Virus record (IMG/VR): IMGVR_UViG_2778261667_000015
DNA: 26,992 nucleotides
Origin: a virus
Lineage: Duplodnaviria > Heunggongvirae > Uroviricota > Caudoviricetes
Reading direction: 5' to 3' (one strand)
In this document: in pieces, positions 1 to 11,197 of the stretch
Numbering within the stretch: position 1 is the first letter of the stretch
How the letters are laid out: each line of letters begins with the position of its first letter
Made by a program: the position numbers and the translations under genes
Notes under the pieces: model-generated
Told to the model about the DNA's origin: nothing
The model's input: only the letters and a program-made list of their open reading frames with translations
Databases searched by the model: none

Positions 1-948
1 GCCATCATCCGGCATCACCACATTACTGCGGTTATAGGTCCACACCTTATCCGACGGTCGGTCCTGCACGAACGTCAGCGTCTGCCCGTTCCATACCGGC
101 ATACAGCGCATCGCCGAGCAGAAATCACTGAGAACATCCCACGCCTTACGCTGTGTGGTCAGCCAGGCATTACAGGAAATGCGCGGCTCCGTGCCACCAA
201 AACCGTCCGGCACCGACTGGTCGCAATTCTGGCCGATGACATACAGCGCCCATTTGTCCACATCCGCCGCACCAAGACGTTTACCCATGCCGTAGCGCGG
301 GTGGGTCAGCATATCCCACAGACACCAGGCCATGTTGTTGCTGTATGCTGGCTTAAACGTTCCGTCCCAGATACCGCTGTATTGCCGCGTCTGCGGGTTA
401 TAGTTCGACGGCACCTGCAGAATGCGCCCGCGAAGATGATAATTACGGCTCACCTGCTGGCTGCCGAACTGTTCCGAGTCCACCTGCACGCCGACCAGTG
501 CCGTGTTCGGGTAGCACTGTTTCACATCGATGATTTCGGTGTATGACGACCAGAGCGTTTTGTTCTGCAGCTGGTCTGTGGTGCTGTCCGGTGTCATCCT
601 GCGCATCCGGATATTAAACGGGCGCGGCGGCAGGTTATCCACCACCACCGAGGCCAGATACTGCGACGTGGTTTTGCCCTTAATGGTGATGTCTTTTTCC
701 GTCACCCAGCCACCGTTACGCTGTATCTGAACCAGCAGACGGACTTCCGACGGATTCCTGTCACCCTTTGAGGTGGTTTCCACCAGTGCCTGTACACCGA
801 AGGTAAAGCGCAGACGGTCGATGTTTGCCGACGTAATGGTGCGGGTGATCGGCGTGTCATATTTCACTTCCGTACCCAGCACCGTCTCGGAACCGGAGGA
901 TTCAAATCCCTCCGGCGGTGACTGCTCCTGCTCGCCTGCCCAATACAT
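1..948 (-). CDS. Tail tip host-specificity protein J-like, 5'-truncated internal fragment that runs off the window start
   Basis: Minus-strand translation is open from ~957 down to position 1 and reads ...AGEQEQSPPEGFESSGSETVLGTEVKYDTPITRTITSANIDRLRFTFG...YSGIWDGTFKPAYSNNMAWCLWDMLTHPRYGMGKRLG..., which I recognise as the N-terminal third of lambda gpJ starting near J residue ~70. In-frame TAA at 958-960 lies immediately upstream; first in-frame ATG at 946-948. No stop inside the window, hence absent from the ORF track. Confidence 0.7.
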   Translation of the reverse strand, partial: MYWAGEQEQSPPEGFESSGSETVLGTEVKYDTPITRTITSANIDRLRFTFGVQALVETTSKGDRNPSEVRLLVQIQRNGGWVTEKDITIKGKTTSQYLASVVVDNLPPRPFNIRMRRMTPDSTTDQLQNKTLWSSYTEIIDVKQCYPNTALVGVQVDSEQFGSQQVSRNYHLRGRILQVPSNYNPQTRQYSGIWDGTFKPAYSNNMAWCLWDMLTHPRYGMGKRLGAADVDKWALYVIGQNCDQSVPDGFGGTEPRISCNAWLTTQRKAWDVLSDFCSAMRCMPVWNGQTLTFVQDRPSDKVWTYNRSNVVMPDDG

Positions 949-1472
949 GCCATTGCCTTAACGGCTGGCGTCACCTGATCAGCAAATCCATGTGCCAGAC
1001 ATTCGGCACCGGACATCCAGGTCTCATCCGCCAGCATGGCAGCAATTTCATCGGTGGTTTTCCCGGTTTTCTGTGCATAAGCGGGTAACAGAACCGCCTC
1101 AACCTTATCGAGCAGGTCGGCATAGGTGCGCATGTCCTCCGCATCACCGCCCGTAAAGCCAAATGGTTTATGAATCATCATGAAGGTGTTTTCCGGCATA
1201 ATGACCGGGTTTCCCACCATCGCAATGACCGACGCCATTGACGCCGCCACACCGTCGACATAAACGGTAATGGACGCACCATGTGTTTTCAGCGCATTAA
1301 AAATGGCGATGCCTTCAAAGACATCGCCACCCGGTGAATTGATATGGAGATTAATGTGGGTGATATCGCCCAGTGCATTCAGATCACTGATAAACTGCTT
1401 CGCTGTAACACCCCAGAAACCAATCTCGTCATAAATATAAATATCCGCGTCACTCTGGTGACCAGCCTGCAT
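864..1472 (-). CDS. ClpP/S49-like prohead maturation protease (gpC-like), C-terminally truncated; its reading frame runs out-of-frame into J-derived sequence
   Basis: ORF 864..1733; internal ATG at 1472 (MQAGHQSDADIYIYDEIGFWGV...) lies 14 nt past the portal stop. Protease-like motifs INSPGGDV and MAS..IAMVG; the last ~30 residues (MACIGQASRSSHRRRDLNPPVPRRCWVRK) are a +1-frame read of J-like DNA. Confidence 0.65.
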   Translation of the reverse strand: MQAGHQSDADIYIYDEIGFWGVTAKQFISDLNALGDITHINLHINSPGGDVFEGIAIFNALKTHGASITVYVDGVAASMASVIAMVGNPVIMPENTFMMIHKPFGFTGGDAEDMRTYADLLDKVEAVLLPAYAQKTGKTTDEIAAMLADETWMSGAECLAHGFADQVTPAVKAMACIGQASRSSHRRRDLNPPVPRRCWVRK

Positions 1473-1485
1473 CCTGAACCAGGAA

Positions 1486-2994
1486 TTATTCTTCGGACTG
1501 GTCGTCGGTGTGCTGCGGCTCCTGTCGTTTCGTTGCGGCACTGCTGCCTCCTTTATCACTGGCCGGATCGGTATCAAATACCAGATCCAGCTTGCGGTTT
1601 TCATCAATTTCGGCCTTGCGCCGACGTTTGACATCATCCGGATTACGACCACCAGCACGTACCCAGTCTGATTCTGTCGCCGCTCCACCACGAATCTGGA
1701 TTTTCCAGGCCTCAGCCTCCTTAACAGGGTCAATCCACGGCATCACTGGTCCGGAATACACCGCGGTATACAGTGAAGAACGGTCAAGATCACGGGGTAG
1801 CCTGATAACACCGGATGCCACAGCCTGTTTCAGCCAGGCACGATACATCGGGCGGGTGACGGCACCAATAAACCAGTCCTGCAGGATCAGGTAGCCATCA
1901 GTAGACTCAACCAGTTCCTGACGCTGGGCGCTGTAAGTGCCGTTATAGTTGCGTGCCGTACTGGAAAAACTCAGACGACTGCCCGCCGCCACGGCACGCA
2001 ACTGACCATTACGAAAAGTTTCAAGGTTAGGATTGGGACGATCCGACTTCACCATTCCGATTTCTTCGCCGGGTTTCAGATCGTCGTAAATAATGCCTGG
2101 CTGAATGGTAAGCTCGCGTTCCTTATCCTTGCTGCCATTACCATCCGGTTCATAGCTCTGCCCGTCGCCTTTCCGGATGTACATCCCCAGAGCAGCGGCG
2201 ATCCTTGCTGCAGTCAGCTCAGAATCTTCATACTCTTTCAGGGCACTGAGGCGGATCAGCACACCGGACAACAAAGACGTCCCGCGCATCTGGTGCAGAC
2301 GGCGAACAAATTTAAGATGCAGCATTCGCTCTGCATCCACTTCTTTGGTTTCCATCTGCCGTCCGGATACAGGACGACTTTTATACACCAGATATTTTTC
2401 GGGACGCCCCCAGTCATCAACAAACACGCCCTGATTCAGCCTGTTGCTCTCATCACTGGTCATGGGAATAAAGTCTGGCTCGAGCGCCTCCAGCCAGAAA
2501 TGAACACCGGCAGAAGGCGTCAGGCTGTTTATGCGCCCGGAAACCATCTGGGCAAACACCTCACCATCGCGCAGCCAGGTACGCAGCATCAGACGTTCCA
2601 GCATCGGACGGGTAAACTGCCCGGTGACTTCCGGGCTGACAGACCATTCACTCCATCGGGTGCGTATCTCCGCTGCCAGATCACGGGCAATGGCCCCATT
2701 GCGTAATACCGGATGTGGCTCGACAATAATCCCGTTTTTCCCCACCACCCGTTCTTCCAGCTTGTCAAATACACCAATAACCAGATCGTGGTTGTTATCA
2801 AGGTAACGGGCCTGCTCACGTAACGACACGGCCCCGTACTGGCTTAACTGGTCGGCAGTTCGGTTTTCCCGCCGGGCTTTGTGTGTCCGCGTCGTTTTTA
2901 CGGCCTCATAAGCCTGGATCACCGCACGGGAACGCAGCCTTGCCGCTTTCCATCCTGGTGAAAAAACGCCAATCACATCATCAAGAATTGCCAT
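1486..2994 (-). CDS. Phage portal protein (gpB-like)
   Basis: ORF 1486..3066 (526 aa) in the position expected between gpW and the protease. The ATG at 2994 overlaps the gpW stop (TGATG), suggesting a coupled 502-aa product; the upstream start at 3066 is the alternative. Confidence 0.8.
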   Translation of the reverse strand: MAILDDVIGVFSPGWKAARLRSRAVIQAYEAVKTTRTHKARRENRTADQLSQYGAVSLREQARYLDNNHDLVIGVFDKLEERVVGKNGIIVEPHPVLRNGAIARDLAAEIRTRWSEWSVSPEVTGQFTRPMLERLMLRTWLRDGEVFAQMVSGRINSLTPSAGVHFWLEALEPDFIPMTSDESNRLNQGVFVDDWGRPEKYLVYKSRPVSGRQMETKEVDAERMLHLKFVRRLHQMRGTSLLSGVLIRLSALKEYEDSELTAARIAAALGMYIRKGDGQSYEPDGNGSKDKERELTIQPGIIYDDLKPGEEIGMVKSDRPNPNLETFRNGQLRAVAAGSRLSFSSTARNYNGTYSAQRQELVESTDGYLILQDWFIGAVTRPMYRAWLKQAVASGVIRLPRDLDRSSLYTAVYSGPVMPWIDPVKEAEAWKIQIRGGAATESDWVRAGGRNPDDVKRRRKAEIDENRKLDLVFDTDPASDKGGSSAATKRQEPQHTDDQSEE

Positions 2995-3206
2995 CAGAAC
3001 CTCGCCAGCCGGTACCCGGGATGCCCCCGTCGTCGTGTAATCAGAGCCGCAAGGCGGCGCTCCCACTCCTGCCGTCCCTGCCGGATCTCAGATAAGTTTT
3101 CCATGGTCATCTGCTGACCATTAAAGGTGACGGATTTTCCGTCCAGCACCGCCATTTCAGCTTCCGTATAACGCTGAATCATGGCTTCGATATCATTCTG
3201 GTTCAT
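2994..3206 (-). CDS. Head-tail joining / head completion protein gpW-like
   Basis: 70-72 aa ORF between terminase and portal; C-terminal ...RRRGHPGY resembles lambda gpW ...RRRGPAGF. ATG at 3206 overlaps the terminase TGA (ATGA) and has GGAGG 6 nt upstream. Confidence 0.6.
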   Translation of the reverse strand: MNQNDIEAMIQRYTEAEMAVLDGKSVTFNGQQMTMENLSEIRQGRQEWERRLAALITRRRGHPGYRLARF

Positions 3207-5302
3207 AACCATCCTCCGGAAGTCAGCCAGGGGTTAACATCGTCAGTTACTGTTTTCTTCCGTTTTTGTTTTTTAACAGGCGTGGATACCGGTTCCGGTG
3301 AGGGTGACGGTTCGGTACTGTCCGGGACACACTCCAGCCAGGTTTCCCGGCTCGCCCATTCCGGTGCATCCGGCCAGCGGATCTTTTCGTATCCATGCAG
3401 AATGACCAGAGCCTCGGCATACACCATCAGGTCAAAGGCTTCGTTGGCACCGCGACCCGGCTTACTCCATTTCCCGTCACTGCTCCGCTCTTCATACGTC
3501 AGTTCGTCGTAAAACCAGCTCCCCAGCCAGTCAGGGAAATGCACATAGCCGGGACCTGGCGAGTCACGCCATAACGCGTTATTCACCCGGTCTTTCAGTG
3601 CATCCGTCTGAAGAAGCCAGAGCGGCACATCACCTGCGGCCTGCGCCCGTCGGCCCGTTCGTCCGGTGTTATCAGGGAATGTACGGGTGATCAGTTTTGC
3701 GCGCCGGATGCTGTCGCCCTTAAACAGGTAAATACGTTTACCAAGGCCATCACGACGGCAACGACGCCAGAATTTATAGGCATTATCAGTGACCCCGTCT
3801 TCACCGCCGGAGTCCACCGCCATTGCCATCAGTCGCATTTGTTGAGAAGGATCGGAGGCCAGCGGCCAGCTTTTATGAAAAACATCCGTCAGCAGGACAT
3901 CCCAGTCTTCCGGATAGCTGGCCGGATCAATTCGCTGGCTCTCCCCGTCGCAGTCACTGCGCAATGACTGCGTGATATTGTAACGATCAATAATCCAGCG
4001 TTCGCCACGACTGCCATAGCCCGTTACCTGAACCACAAAACGGCGATGACGTCCCGCCTGCACATCCACTGTCGCCACAAGGAAATTAACGCCATCCGGC
4101 ACACTGCGGGAAGGAACTGGCTCTGCCCGCTGCTCAAGCAGTTCACTTTTTCGTTGCTCCATGCTGGCACGAGGAAGATAAGGCAATCCCCAGTCGGTGT
4201 TGATAACCGCCCTGAGTGTTTCTTCGCTTCCTGTCGCTTCATACTCCTGTTCTGCAGTCAGTAATTTGTAAACCAGTTGCGCCCAGGTCTGATACGCAGC
4301 AGCTGGCCCTTCCATCCAGAAACTGGCGATACGGGAGCGGCGCGGTTCACCGGAAACGTTGCCGTTACGATCAATGACCTGACCTTCACGCAACCAGACT
4401 CCTGCACTATTGAGCTCACGCTTTTTCTCCGCAGTGATAATGCCGCTGCAGTGCGGGCAAAGTAGATACGCCGCCTCACTGGCTTTAAAGGGATCCGGTT
4501 CATTACGGTAGCCGGTCATGGCATCCATAGCTGGCTGAAAATATTCACCGCAGTGCGGACATGGCCAGTACCAGCGGCGGCGGTCACCACGATTGTAAAG
4601 GGAAAGAATACCAGTCGTCGGTGGCGCTTCATGAGGCGACTTACGTCGCCATTTGCTGTCGCAGATGTCACGTCCCGGCGAGCTCTCCACCAGAGTCATC
4701 CCGGCGGACATAAATGTGGTGGTACGTTTTGAGGCCAAGGAGAAACCATCACCCTCGCTGTCGATATTCTCCGGAAAACGGTCGTAATCGGTTAAGGCGA
4801 CAAACCGGTAATCCGACGACGACATAATGTTGACCGAGGGCCAACCAATTTTAAGGAACGAGCCATCCCTGAACGTCTTATCATGGACATTATTGTCGTT
4901 ACGACGTGGACTCATTCTTTTCTTTACCGCCGCACTGCTTCTGAACGTTCTGTCGAGGCGCTTTTTAGAATGCTCGCGGGCCTTATCTTCGGTCATCTGC
5001 ACAACGAGCATGTCCGAAGGATCGCAAACGATGGTATAGACAATCCATCCATCGATCAGACCAATGGTCTTCCCTGTTCGCGCAGGACCAACAAAAATCA
5101 CCGCATCGTATTCACGCGATGCCAGGCAGTTCATGGGCTCAATGATGTAGGGTGTCAGTTCAGGATCCCATGGCACCGAGTTACCAGCCCCCTTGGGAAC
5201 ACGCATGAATTTTTTAACAGCCTCCGAAATCGGCATGCGACGTGGTGGGGAAAATCCTGCCGATATGTCCCTTCCCAAATTTCGGGCTGATGAAAAACCC
5301 AT
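3203..5302 (-). CDS. Terminase large subunit (gpA family)
   Basis: 699-aa ORF with a Walker-A-like VGPARTGKT and overall lambda gpA-like layout; strong SD (GGAGG) before the ATG at 5302; follows the small-subunit gene. Confidence 0.9.
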   Translation of the reverse strand: MGFSSARNLGRDISAGFSPPRRMPISEAVKKFMRVPKGAGNSVPWDPELTPYIIEPMNCLASREYDAVIFVGPARTGKTIGLIDGWIVYTIVCDPSDMLVVQMTEDKAREHSKKRLDRTFRSSAAVKKRMSPRRNDNNVHDKTFRDGSFLKIGWPSVNIMSSSDYRFVALTDYDRFPENIDSEGDGFSLASKRTTTFMSAGMTLVESSPGRDICDSKWRRKSPHEAPPTTGILSLYNRGDRRRWYWPCPHCGEYFQPAMDAMTGYRNEPDPFKASEAAYLLCPHCSGIITAEKKRELNSAGVWLREGQVIDRNGNVSGEPRRSRIASFWMEGPAAAYQTWAQLVYKLLTAEQEYEATGSEETLRAVINTDWGLPYLPRASMEQRKSELLEQRAEPVPSRSVPDGVNFLVATVDVQAGRHRRFVVQVTGYGSRGERWIIDRYNITQSLRSDCDGESQRIDPASYPEDWDVLLTDVFHKSWPLASDPSQQMRLMAMAVDSGGEDGVTDNAYKFWRRCRRDGLGKRIYLFKGDSIRRAKLITRTFPDNTGRTGRRAQAAGDVPLWLLQTDALKDRVNNALWRDSPGPGYVHFPDWLGSWFYDELTYEERSSDGKWSKPGRGANEAFDLMVYAEALVILHGYEKIRWPDAPEWASRETWLECVPDSTEPSPSPEPVSTPVKKQKRKKTVTDDVNPWLTSGGWL

Positions 5303-5310
5303 TATTCCTC

Positions 5311-5838
5311 CTAGAGACTCTCTCCTTCCTCATCAGGAATTAATTCAGCAGCACAAGCCTCGTAGGATTTTTCCTGAAGAGTGTATCGCAGGTCATCAAT
5401 GGCCTGCTGTACAACGCCGACGGCCTGAGGAGTCAGGGCGCAATCGCGTTCAAGAACATCCGGAATTGTCTCCAGAACCTGGACGACAGCCTTTCTCATG
5501 GACGAATAGACGATGACTACTTCATCAACTGGGATGAGTTTTCGCTGCTCCTTTTCCAGCTTGATCCTTTCATTTTCAGACTGGTACCAGTCCTTTCTCT
5601 CTTTCGGCTCCATACGGGATGGATCATGAACAGAGTCTGCTGCCTCATGCTTCACACTAAACAGGGCGGGCCCGACATGCTGCAGGGCGTAAACGGGGTT
5701 CCCCCTGACAGTCGCAGCCACAGGAGTGTTGGCCGCGAGGAGCCGTTTTTTTACTGTGTCCCGGTGAAGCCCAAAGGCCTCGGCGATTTTAAAAACACTC
5801 CAGTAATAAGCATCACCGATCCCGCTCACATTTGACAT
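5311..5838 (-). CDS. nohA: Terminase small subunit (Nu1-like)
   Basis: ORF 5311..5850, directly upstream of the large subunit. GGAG sits 6 nt before the second ATG (5838), so that start is preferred. Symbol by synteny with K-12 Qin nohA, not by alignment. Confidence 0.7.
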   Translation of the reverse strand: MSNVSGIGDAYYWSVFKIAEAFGLHRDTVKKRLLAANTPVAATVRGNPVYALQHVGPALFSVKHEAADSVHDPSRMEPKERKDWYQSENERIKLEKEQRKLIPVDEVVIVYSSMRKAVVQVLETIPDVLERDCALTPQAVGVVQQAIDDLRYTLQEKSYEACAAELIPDEEGESL

Positions 5839-5959
5839 AAGCAACTCCATCTGGCAGGTGAAAATCAGGTTTATTTATATATTTCAATTAATTGCAAACT
5901 GGTCTAATGACAGGAAGAAAAAAATATTGTACAGGTGAAAAGAGAAATAACTTTTAATT

Positions 5960-6080
5960 ATCAATAAATTACCAAACATGCTGCCGCCGCCATGGAAATG
6001 CAAAAACTAGCCTTTTTCCGCGACGCTCCCGCCCCGTGGCAGGGGCCCCCACCGGGAGGACCCGACAGCCTGACAGCCGT
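5960..6080. other. Putative cos / terminase recognition region
   Basis: Non-coding stretch immediately upstream of Nu1, unusually GC-rich for the locus (gctgccgccgccatgg ... ccgccccgtggcaggggcccccaccgggagg). Position matches where lambdoid cosN/cosB lie; exact nick site not determinable by eye. Confidence 0.25.
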
Positions 6081-6395
6081 GACGAGCATCTGATACAGCG
6101 CTTTACATAATGGCATAGGAATAATTCAGAAGGACATCACAGCATGCCCACACAAATTAGTGTGAGTGTCCTGTTTCTTCCTACGCACAGGACTGACGAG
6201 CATGAGGGGAAAATACGCGAACCATAAATGCCTCATCTTCAGCAATGCAGCCGAACAGGACGATATTGTAAATTCACCTAATTACGAGGACATTGCAGTA
6301 GTTGAATTGCAGCTCTGTATTAGCCTGACAGTGACAGAATGCGATATTGACTCTGTCACAGGTGAAATAGTTTGAATGATTAGCAGTTATGGTGC

Positions 6396-6602
6396 TCAGT
6401 CAACCACCAGGGAATAATCCTTCGAATTCTTATCGTGCTTCACCAACGCTGCCTCAATTGCCCTGAATGCTTCCAGAGACACCTGATGTTCTATACATGC
6501 AATTACAACATCCGGGTAACTCATAGAAATGGTGCTATTAAGCATATTTTTTACACGAATCAGATCCAACGAGAGTTCATCAGCAGATTGTTCTTTATTC
6601 AT
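6396..6602 (-). CDS. Hypothetical small protein (68 aa)
   Basis: ORF with ATG at 6602 and GGAG 8 nt upstream; no family recognised. Confidence 0.4.
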   Translation of the reverse strand: MNKEQSADELSLDLIRVKNMLNSTISMSYPDVVIACIEHQVSLEAFRAIEAALVKHDKNSKDYSLVVD

Positions 6603-6902
6603 TTTGTCGCTCCATGCGTTTGCTCGTCATCTAGCGGTTAAAATATTACTTCAAATCTTTCTGCATAAAAGAGGAAAAGTATGAAAGTTTGAGTACATCG
6701 ACCTTACATACATCTGTCGGTTGCATATCCCTCCTGGATGCCAGCAAGGCTCAACTTTGTTACGCAACCAACACTATTTATTGAAAACAGGCTTAATATT
6801 TGACATAAATCATCAACAAAACACAAAGAGGTCAGACCAGATTGAAACAATAAACACGATAATGCAAACTACGCGTCATCGTATCACATGGAAGGTTTAC
6901 CA

Positions 6903-7313
6903 ATGGCTCAGGCTGCCATTTTTAAAGAAATATTCGCTCAAGTGCGTAAAGATTTAAACTGTGAATTATTTTATTCTGAGCTAAAACGTCACAATGTCTC
7001 ACTTTATATTTACTATTTAGCCACAGATAATATTCACATTGTGTTAGAAAACGACAACATAGTGTTAGTAAAAGGACTCAAAAAGGTTGTAAATGTTAAA
7101 TTCTCCAGAAACAAACATCTTATAGAGACCTCCTATAATAAGTTGAAATCAAAAGAAATCACATTTCAACAATACAGGGAAAATCTTGCTAAAGCAGGAG
7201 TTTTCCGATGGGTTACAAATATCCATGAACACCAAAGATATTACTATACCTTTGATAACTCATTACTATTTACTGAAAGCATCCAGAAAACTACACAAAT
7301 CTTACCACGCTAA
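6903..7313 (+). CDS. ydfO: DUF1398-family protein YdfO-like
   Basis: ORF 6888..7313; ATG at 6903 preceded by GGAAGG at 7 nt; sequence [19 protein letters not shown]...[14 protein letters not shown]... matches my recollection of K-12 YdfO. Confidence 0.65.
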   Translation: MAQAAIFKEIFAQVRKDLNCELFYSELKRHNVSLYIYYLATDNIHIVLENDNIVLVKGLKKVVNVKFSRNKHLIETSYNKLKSKEITFQQYRENLAKAGVFRWVTNIHEHQRYYYTFDNSLLFTESIQKTTQILPR

Positions 7314-7464
7314 ACCATAACGTCCGGCTTCTCTCACTCCTGAGCCGGACTGCATTGGTTTAATAAAAACCATCAACAATTGTGATTTAGATATTCGGAA
7401 CCATTCAAATATAACAAAACCCCGTAAAAACGAGGTTTATGGATAAATTTTATTATTGAATACA

Positions 7465-7638
7465 TCAGATTAAATTAATCTTGACATCATAGCTTTCAAG
7501 ACCCGTCATTTTTTCCCGTGCGGTAAACTGAATACTGGTAACTTCTTTCCCGGTCTTTTTCTTAAGTTCAATAATTTTTTTTGTTATATATTCAGAAATA
7601 TCTGCTTCTGCTTTTGTTTTTAAGTCTTCAATATTCAT
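7465..7638 (-). CDS. gnsB: GnsB-like small protein (57 aa)
   Basis: Below the ORF-track size cut-off; manual translation gives MNIEDLKTKAEADISEYITKKIIELKKKTGKEVTSIQFTAREKMTGLESYDVKINLI, closely resembling GnsA/GnsB; GAGGA 5 nt upstream of the ATG. Confidence 0.75.
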   Translation of the reverse strand: MNIEDLKTKAEADISEYITKKIIELKKKTGKEVTSIQFTAREKMTGLESYDVKINLI

Positions 7639-7810
7639 CATTTCCTCTTTTAGTCTGTTATGACTTTCCAGTTACACTGGTAAGTCGATTATATGGTGCA
7701 AACGTGTAAAAGATAAGATGAAACATCGCAATAATCAACATACGATAGTCTAAATTTTACACAAACAGACAAAGAGAATTTTTCTGAATTATCAATGCAA
7801 TAGCATCAAA

Positions 7811-7966
7811 TCAACTCAAGAGCCTTATTGCTGCTTCCAGAATTTCTTCTGAAGTAACATGCCGATCCGCGGCTACATAAATGACTTTATGATCTCCGGT
7901 CAGAGATGGAAACCCTGCGGCCATTACAGTAAGGTGTGTTTTTTCGCCATTTGGATATTCACGCAT
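7811..7966 (-). CDS. ynfN: YnfN-like small protein (51 aa)
   Basis: ORF 7811..8002; internal ATG at 7966 yields 51 aa (MREYPNGEKTHLTV...), the length and position of Qin ynfN between gnsB and cspI. Confidence 0.5.
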   Translation of the reverse strand: MREYPNGEKTHLTVMAAGFPSLTGDHKVIYVAADRHVTSEEILEAAIRLLS

Positions 7967-8313
7967 GATGGTGTTAACTCCAGTCATCGCTGGCACTACC
8001 ACTGCTGGTTCAGAGTTAAAAAAAACTATGATTTTTTTTCATGATGTTACCGTAGTATGTGAGTATCCATCGAATAGACACCAAGCAAAAAAGCTCCCGA
8101 AGGAGCCTTCATTTTCACTTTTTTAAATCCAACGACAGACGGCTGGCATTTAAGTATTGTGAAATATTATCAAATGTAATCATCATTGATTTACAAAAGA
8201 TACATTTTGCCCCGAAAGGATTCATGTCAGAAACATCAAAAGATGATGTTCTATACTGGGAACCATGACAACACGGGCATCTAAAGTGAATATGGTTTGT
8301 AATATTGTCTACC

Positions 8314-8526
8314 TCAAAGCGCCACTACATGAACAGCGGCAGGACCTTTAGGTCCGTTCTCAATACCAAATTCAACTTCCTGATTCTCAGTTAATGTTTT
8401 GAAATCGTTGCTCTGAATTGCTGAGAAATGGACAAACACATCTTTGCTGCCATCTTTCGGCGTGATGAAACCAAAACCTTTTTCAGGGTTAAACCATTTC
8501 ACTAAACCAGTCATTTTGTTAGACAT
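8314..8526 (-). CDS. cspI: Cold-shock protein, CspA family
   Basis: 70 aa [70 protein letters not shown] with RNP1/RNP2 motifs; position next to Rz as in Qin. Confidence 0.85.
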   Translation of the reverse strand: MSNKMTGLVKWFNPEKGFGFITPKDGSKDVFVHFSAIQSNDFKTLTENQEVEFGIENGPKGPAAVHVVAL

Positions 8527-8888
8527 AATTATTACCTTTTGAAGAAATTAGCCCTTGGGCAGAATGGTCCGAAAAAAAATATCAGAGAGAAAAACCAACA
8601 AGGAAATCTCAAGAGGTACAAATAATAAAATTATAACAATGACTGCTTCAGATAAATTTGTAACAAACCAGAACACCATTAACGCATGATTAACCACCCA
8701 TAGCAAGGATTACTTTTGTAAAGAAAAACACAGCAATGAAAGAATAGCTTTATTTATTAATAAAACGTGTCATTCTGATTAAGACCTTTTATCTTACCCT
8801 TAAGATTTCAGGAATTTTGACTCATGGAAGAGTCCTTTTTATTTAAATTTTACATTCAGCGATGTAAATGTTCCGATTTAATATTACC

Positions 8889-9912
<1,024 letters not shown>

Positions 9913-9916
<4 letters not shown>

Positions 9917-10224
9917 ATATATTTATGATGAGGACGCTCGTGCTTATTGGCAGGATTTTCAATCTTAAAGGAGTACTGATGCTGCAGATAAGACTCAACT
10001 TTTTCTGACAATTTTTCTGCTACTTCCAGGAAGACTTGCCGGACGCTCCTTCTGGCTGCTGCCTCATAAAACTCCAGCGCAGCTCCTTCAACACGGTCCA
10101 TGGCGACATCCAGGTCAAAAATTTCACCGTCAAAGCGTTCTTTGTCCTGTAAGGCTACAGTTACCGTAACTTTATTCTCAAAATTACGGACTCCTTTCAC
10201 AACCAGTTCATAGTCTTGAGTCAT
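9913..10224 (-). CDS. ydfR: YdfR-like (DUF1327) protein
   Basis: 103-aa ORF between holin and endolysin, same size and position as Qin ydfR; stop overlaps the lysozyme start (ATGA). Confidence 0.6.
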
Positions 10225-10228
10225 TGGA

Positions 10229-10444
10229 TTACTCTCCTCTCGCAGCCTTACGCCTGTCTTCTTTAATCTTGAAATAAAGATTTGTCAGATACGTCAGCAG
10301 GCCAAAAACCAGGCTACCCAGCACACCGATTGCAGCCCACTGTGACGGAGTTACTTTATCGAGTAACTGCAATGCCCAGAAACCAGCATTACCCGCCGAT
10401 GTGCCATAGGCAACACCTGTTGTTAACTTATCCATTGATTTCAT
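10229..10444 (-). CDS. essQ: Class II holin, S21-like pinholin
   Basis: ORF 10229..10519; internal ATG at 10444 gives 71 aa [71 protein letters not shown] with a dual-start motif (M1/M4) and two TM segments, closely matching phage 21 S. Confidence 0.8.
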   Translation of the reverse strand: MKSMDKLTTGVAYGTSAGNAGFWALQLLDKVTPSQWAAIGVLGSLVFGLLTYLTNLYFKIKEDRRKAARGE

Positions 10445-10663
10445 ATCCTCACCCCGATGTACACGGATGGTGCAATATGTTTGAAAAGATCGGAGTCTAC
10501 GGGGTAGTTTTGACAGCACACGTTGTTCTCAACGGCGCTAAAAAAACATACACATTAAAAATGTGGGTAATTATTTTGAAAGAAAGTCATATATAAAATA
10601 ATAATACGAGAAATGTTTTCATATTTAGTGTACTGTATACGGCCATTTATACAGGAAAAGCCT

Positions 10664-10834
10664 ATGTCAGAACGTAAAGACTCAAAATCACGCCGTAATT
10701 ATCTCGTTAAATGTTCCTGCCCAAACTGCACCCAAGAGTCAGAACACAGTTTTTCAAGAGTACAAAAAGGTGCCCTTTTGATCTGCCCTCATTGCAACAA
10801 AGTATTCCAGACAAATCTTAAAGCTGTAGCCTGA
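10664..10834 (+). CDS. ynfU: Small zinc-ribbon protein (CPNC...CPHC)
   Basis: ORF 10613..10834; ATG at 10664 with AGGA upstream gives 56 aa with two CxxC pairs. Symbol is a tentative recollection of a Qin small Zn-binding protein. Confidence 0.45.
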   Translation: MSERKDSKSRRNYLVKCSCPNCTQESEHSFSRVQKGALLICPHCNKVFQTNLKAVA

Positions 10835-10891
10835 TTGATTTTATTAGTAACAAGTATTTTTTATATTTTAATAATATATTTAAAGCAGATA

Positions 10892-10917
10892 ATAAAAAAC
10901 CCGCCTGAGCGGGTTTG
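10892..10917 (-). terminator. Rho-independent terminator hairpin, probably bidirectional
   Basis: aaacccgc-ctga-gcgggttt stem-loop flanked by an A-run on the plus strand, i.e. a T-run on the minus strand; lies downstream of cspB. Confidence 0.5.
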
Positions 10918-11197
10918 AGATTGTGGTGCTTTTTGTGGGAGTCATCCACTTACGCACTTTGTTTTGCGATGCCAGCAGTTAGCTTCTGCTGTGAAACTAT
11001 TCATGCAGCAAACCTGCACTTCACCACAATGGTTAGCATACTTTTCCTGATTAAGATTTTGCCAAATATGCTGGCCATTGTTTCATGTATTGGACCTCCT
11101 TACTTTTTATTAAAGAGATCCAATATTCACTACTCTGTCCGTATCTCTACTCAGGCATCAGCCTTCTTCGTTATCGTATACAGACGAGCGATGAATT

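Noticed and set aside
301-961. Plus-strand track ORFs 301..546, 530..730 and 773..961
   Set aside because: They lie antisense to the continuous J-like reading frame on the minus strand and have no recognisable motifs.
1344-5516. Numerous plus-strand track ORFs inside the protease, portal and terminase genes (for example 1508..1894, 2293..2706, 4883..5290, 5193..5516)
   Set aside because: Antisense or out-of-frame shadows of long, well-supported minus-strand genes; GC-rich coding DNA routinely yields such frames.
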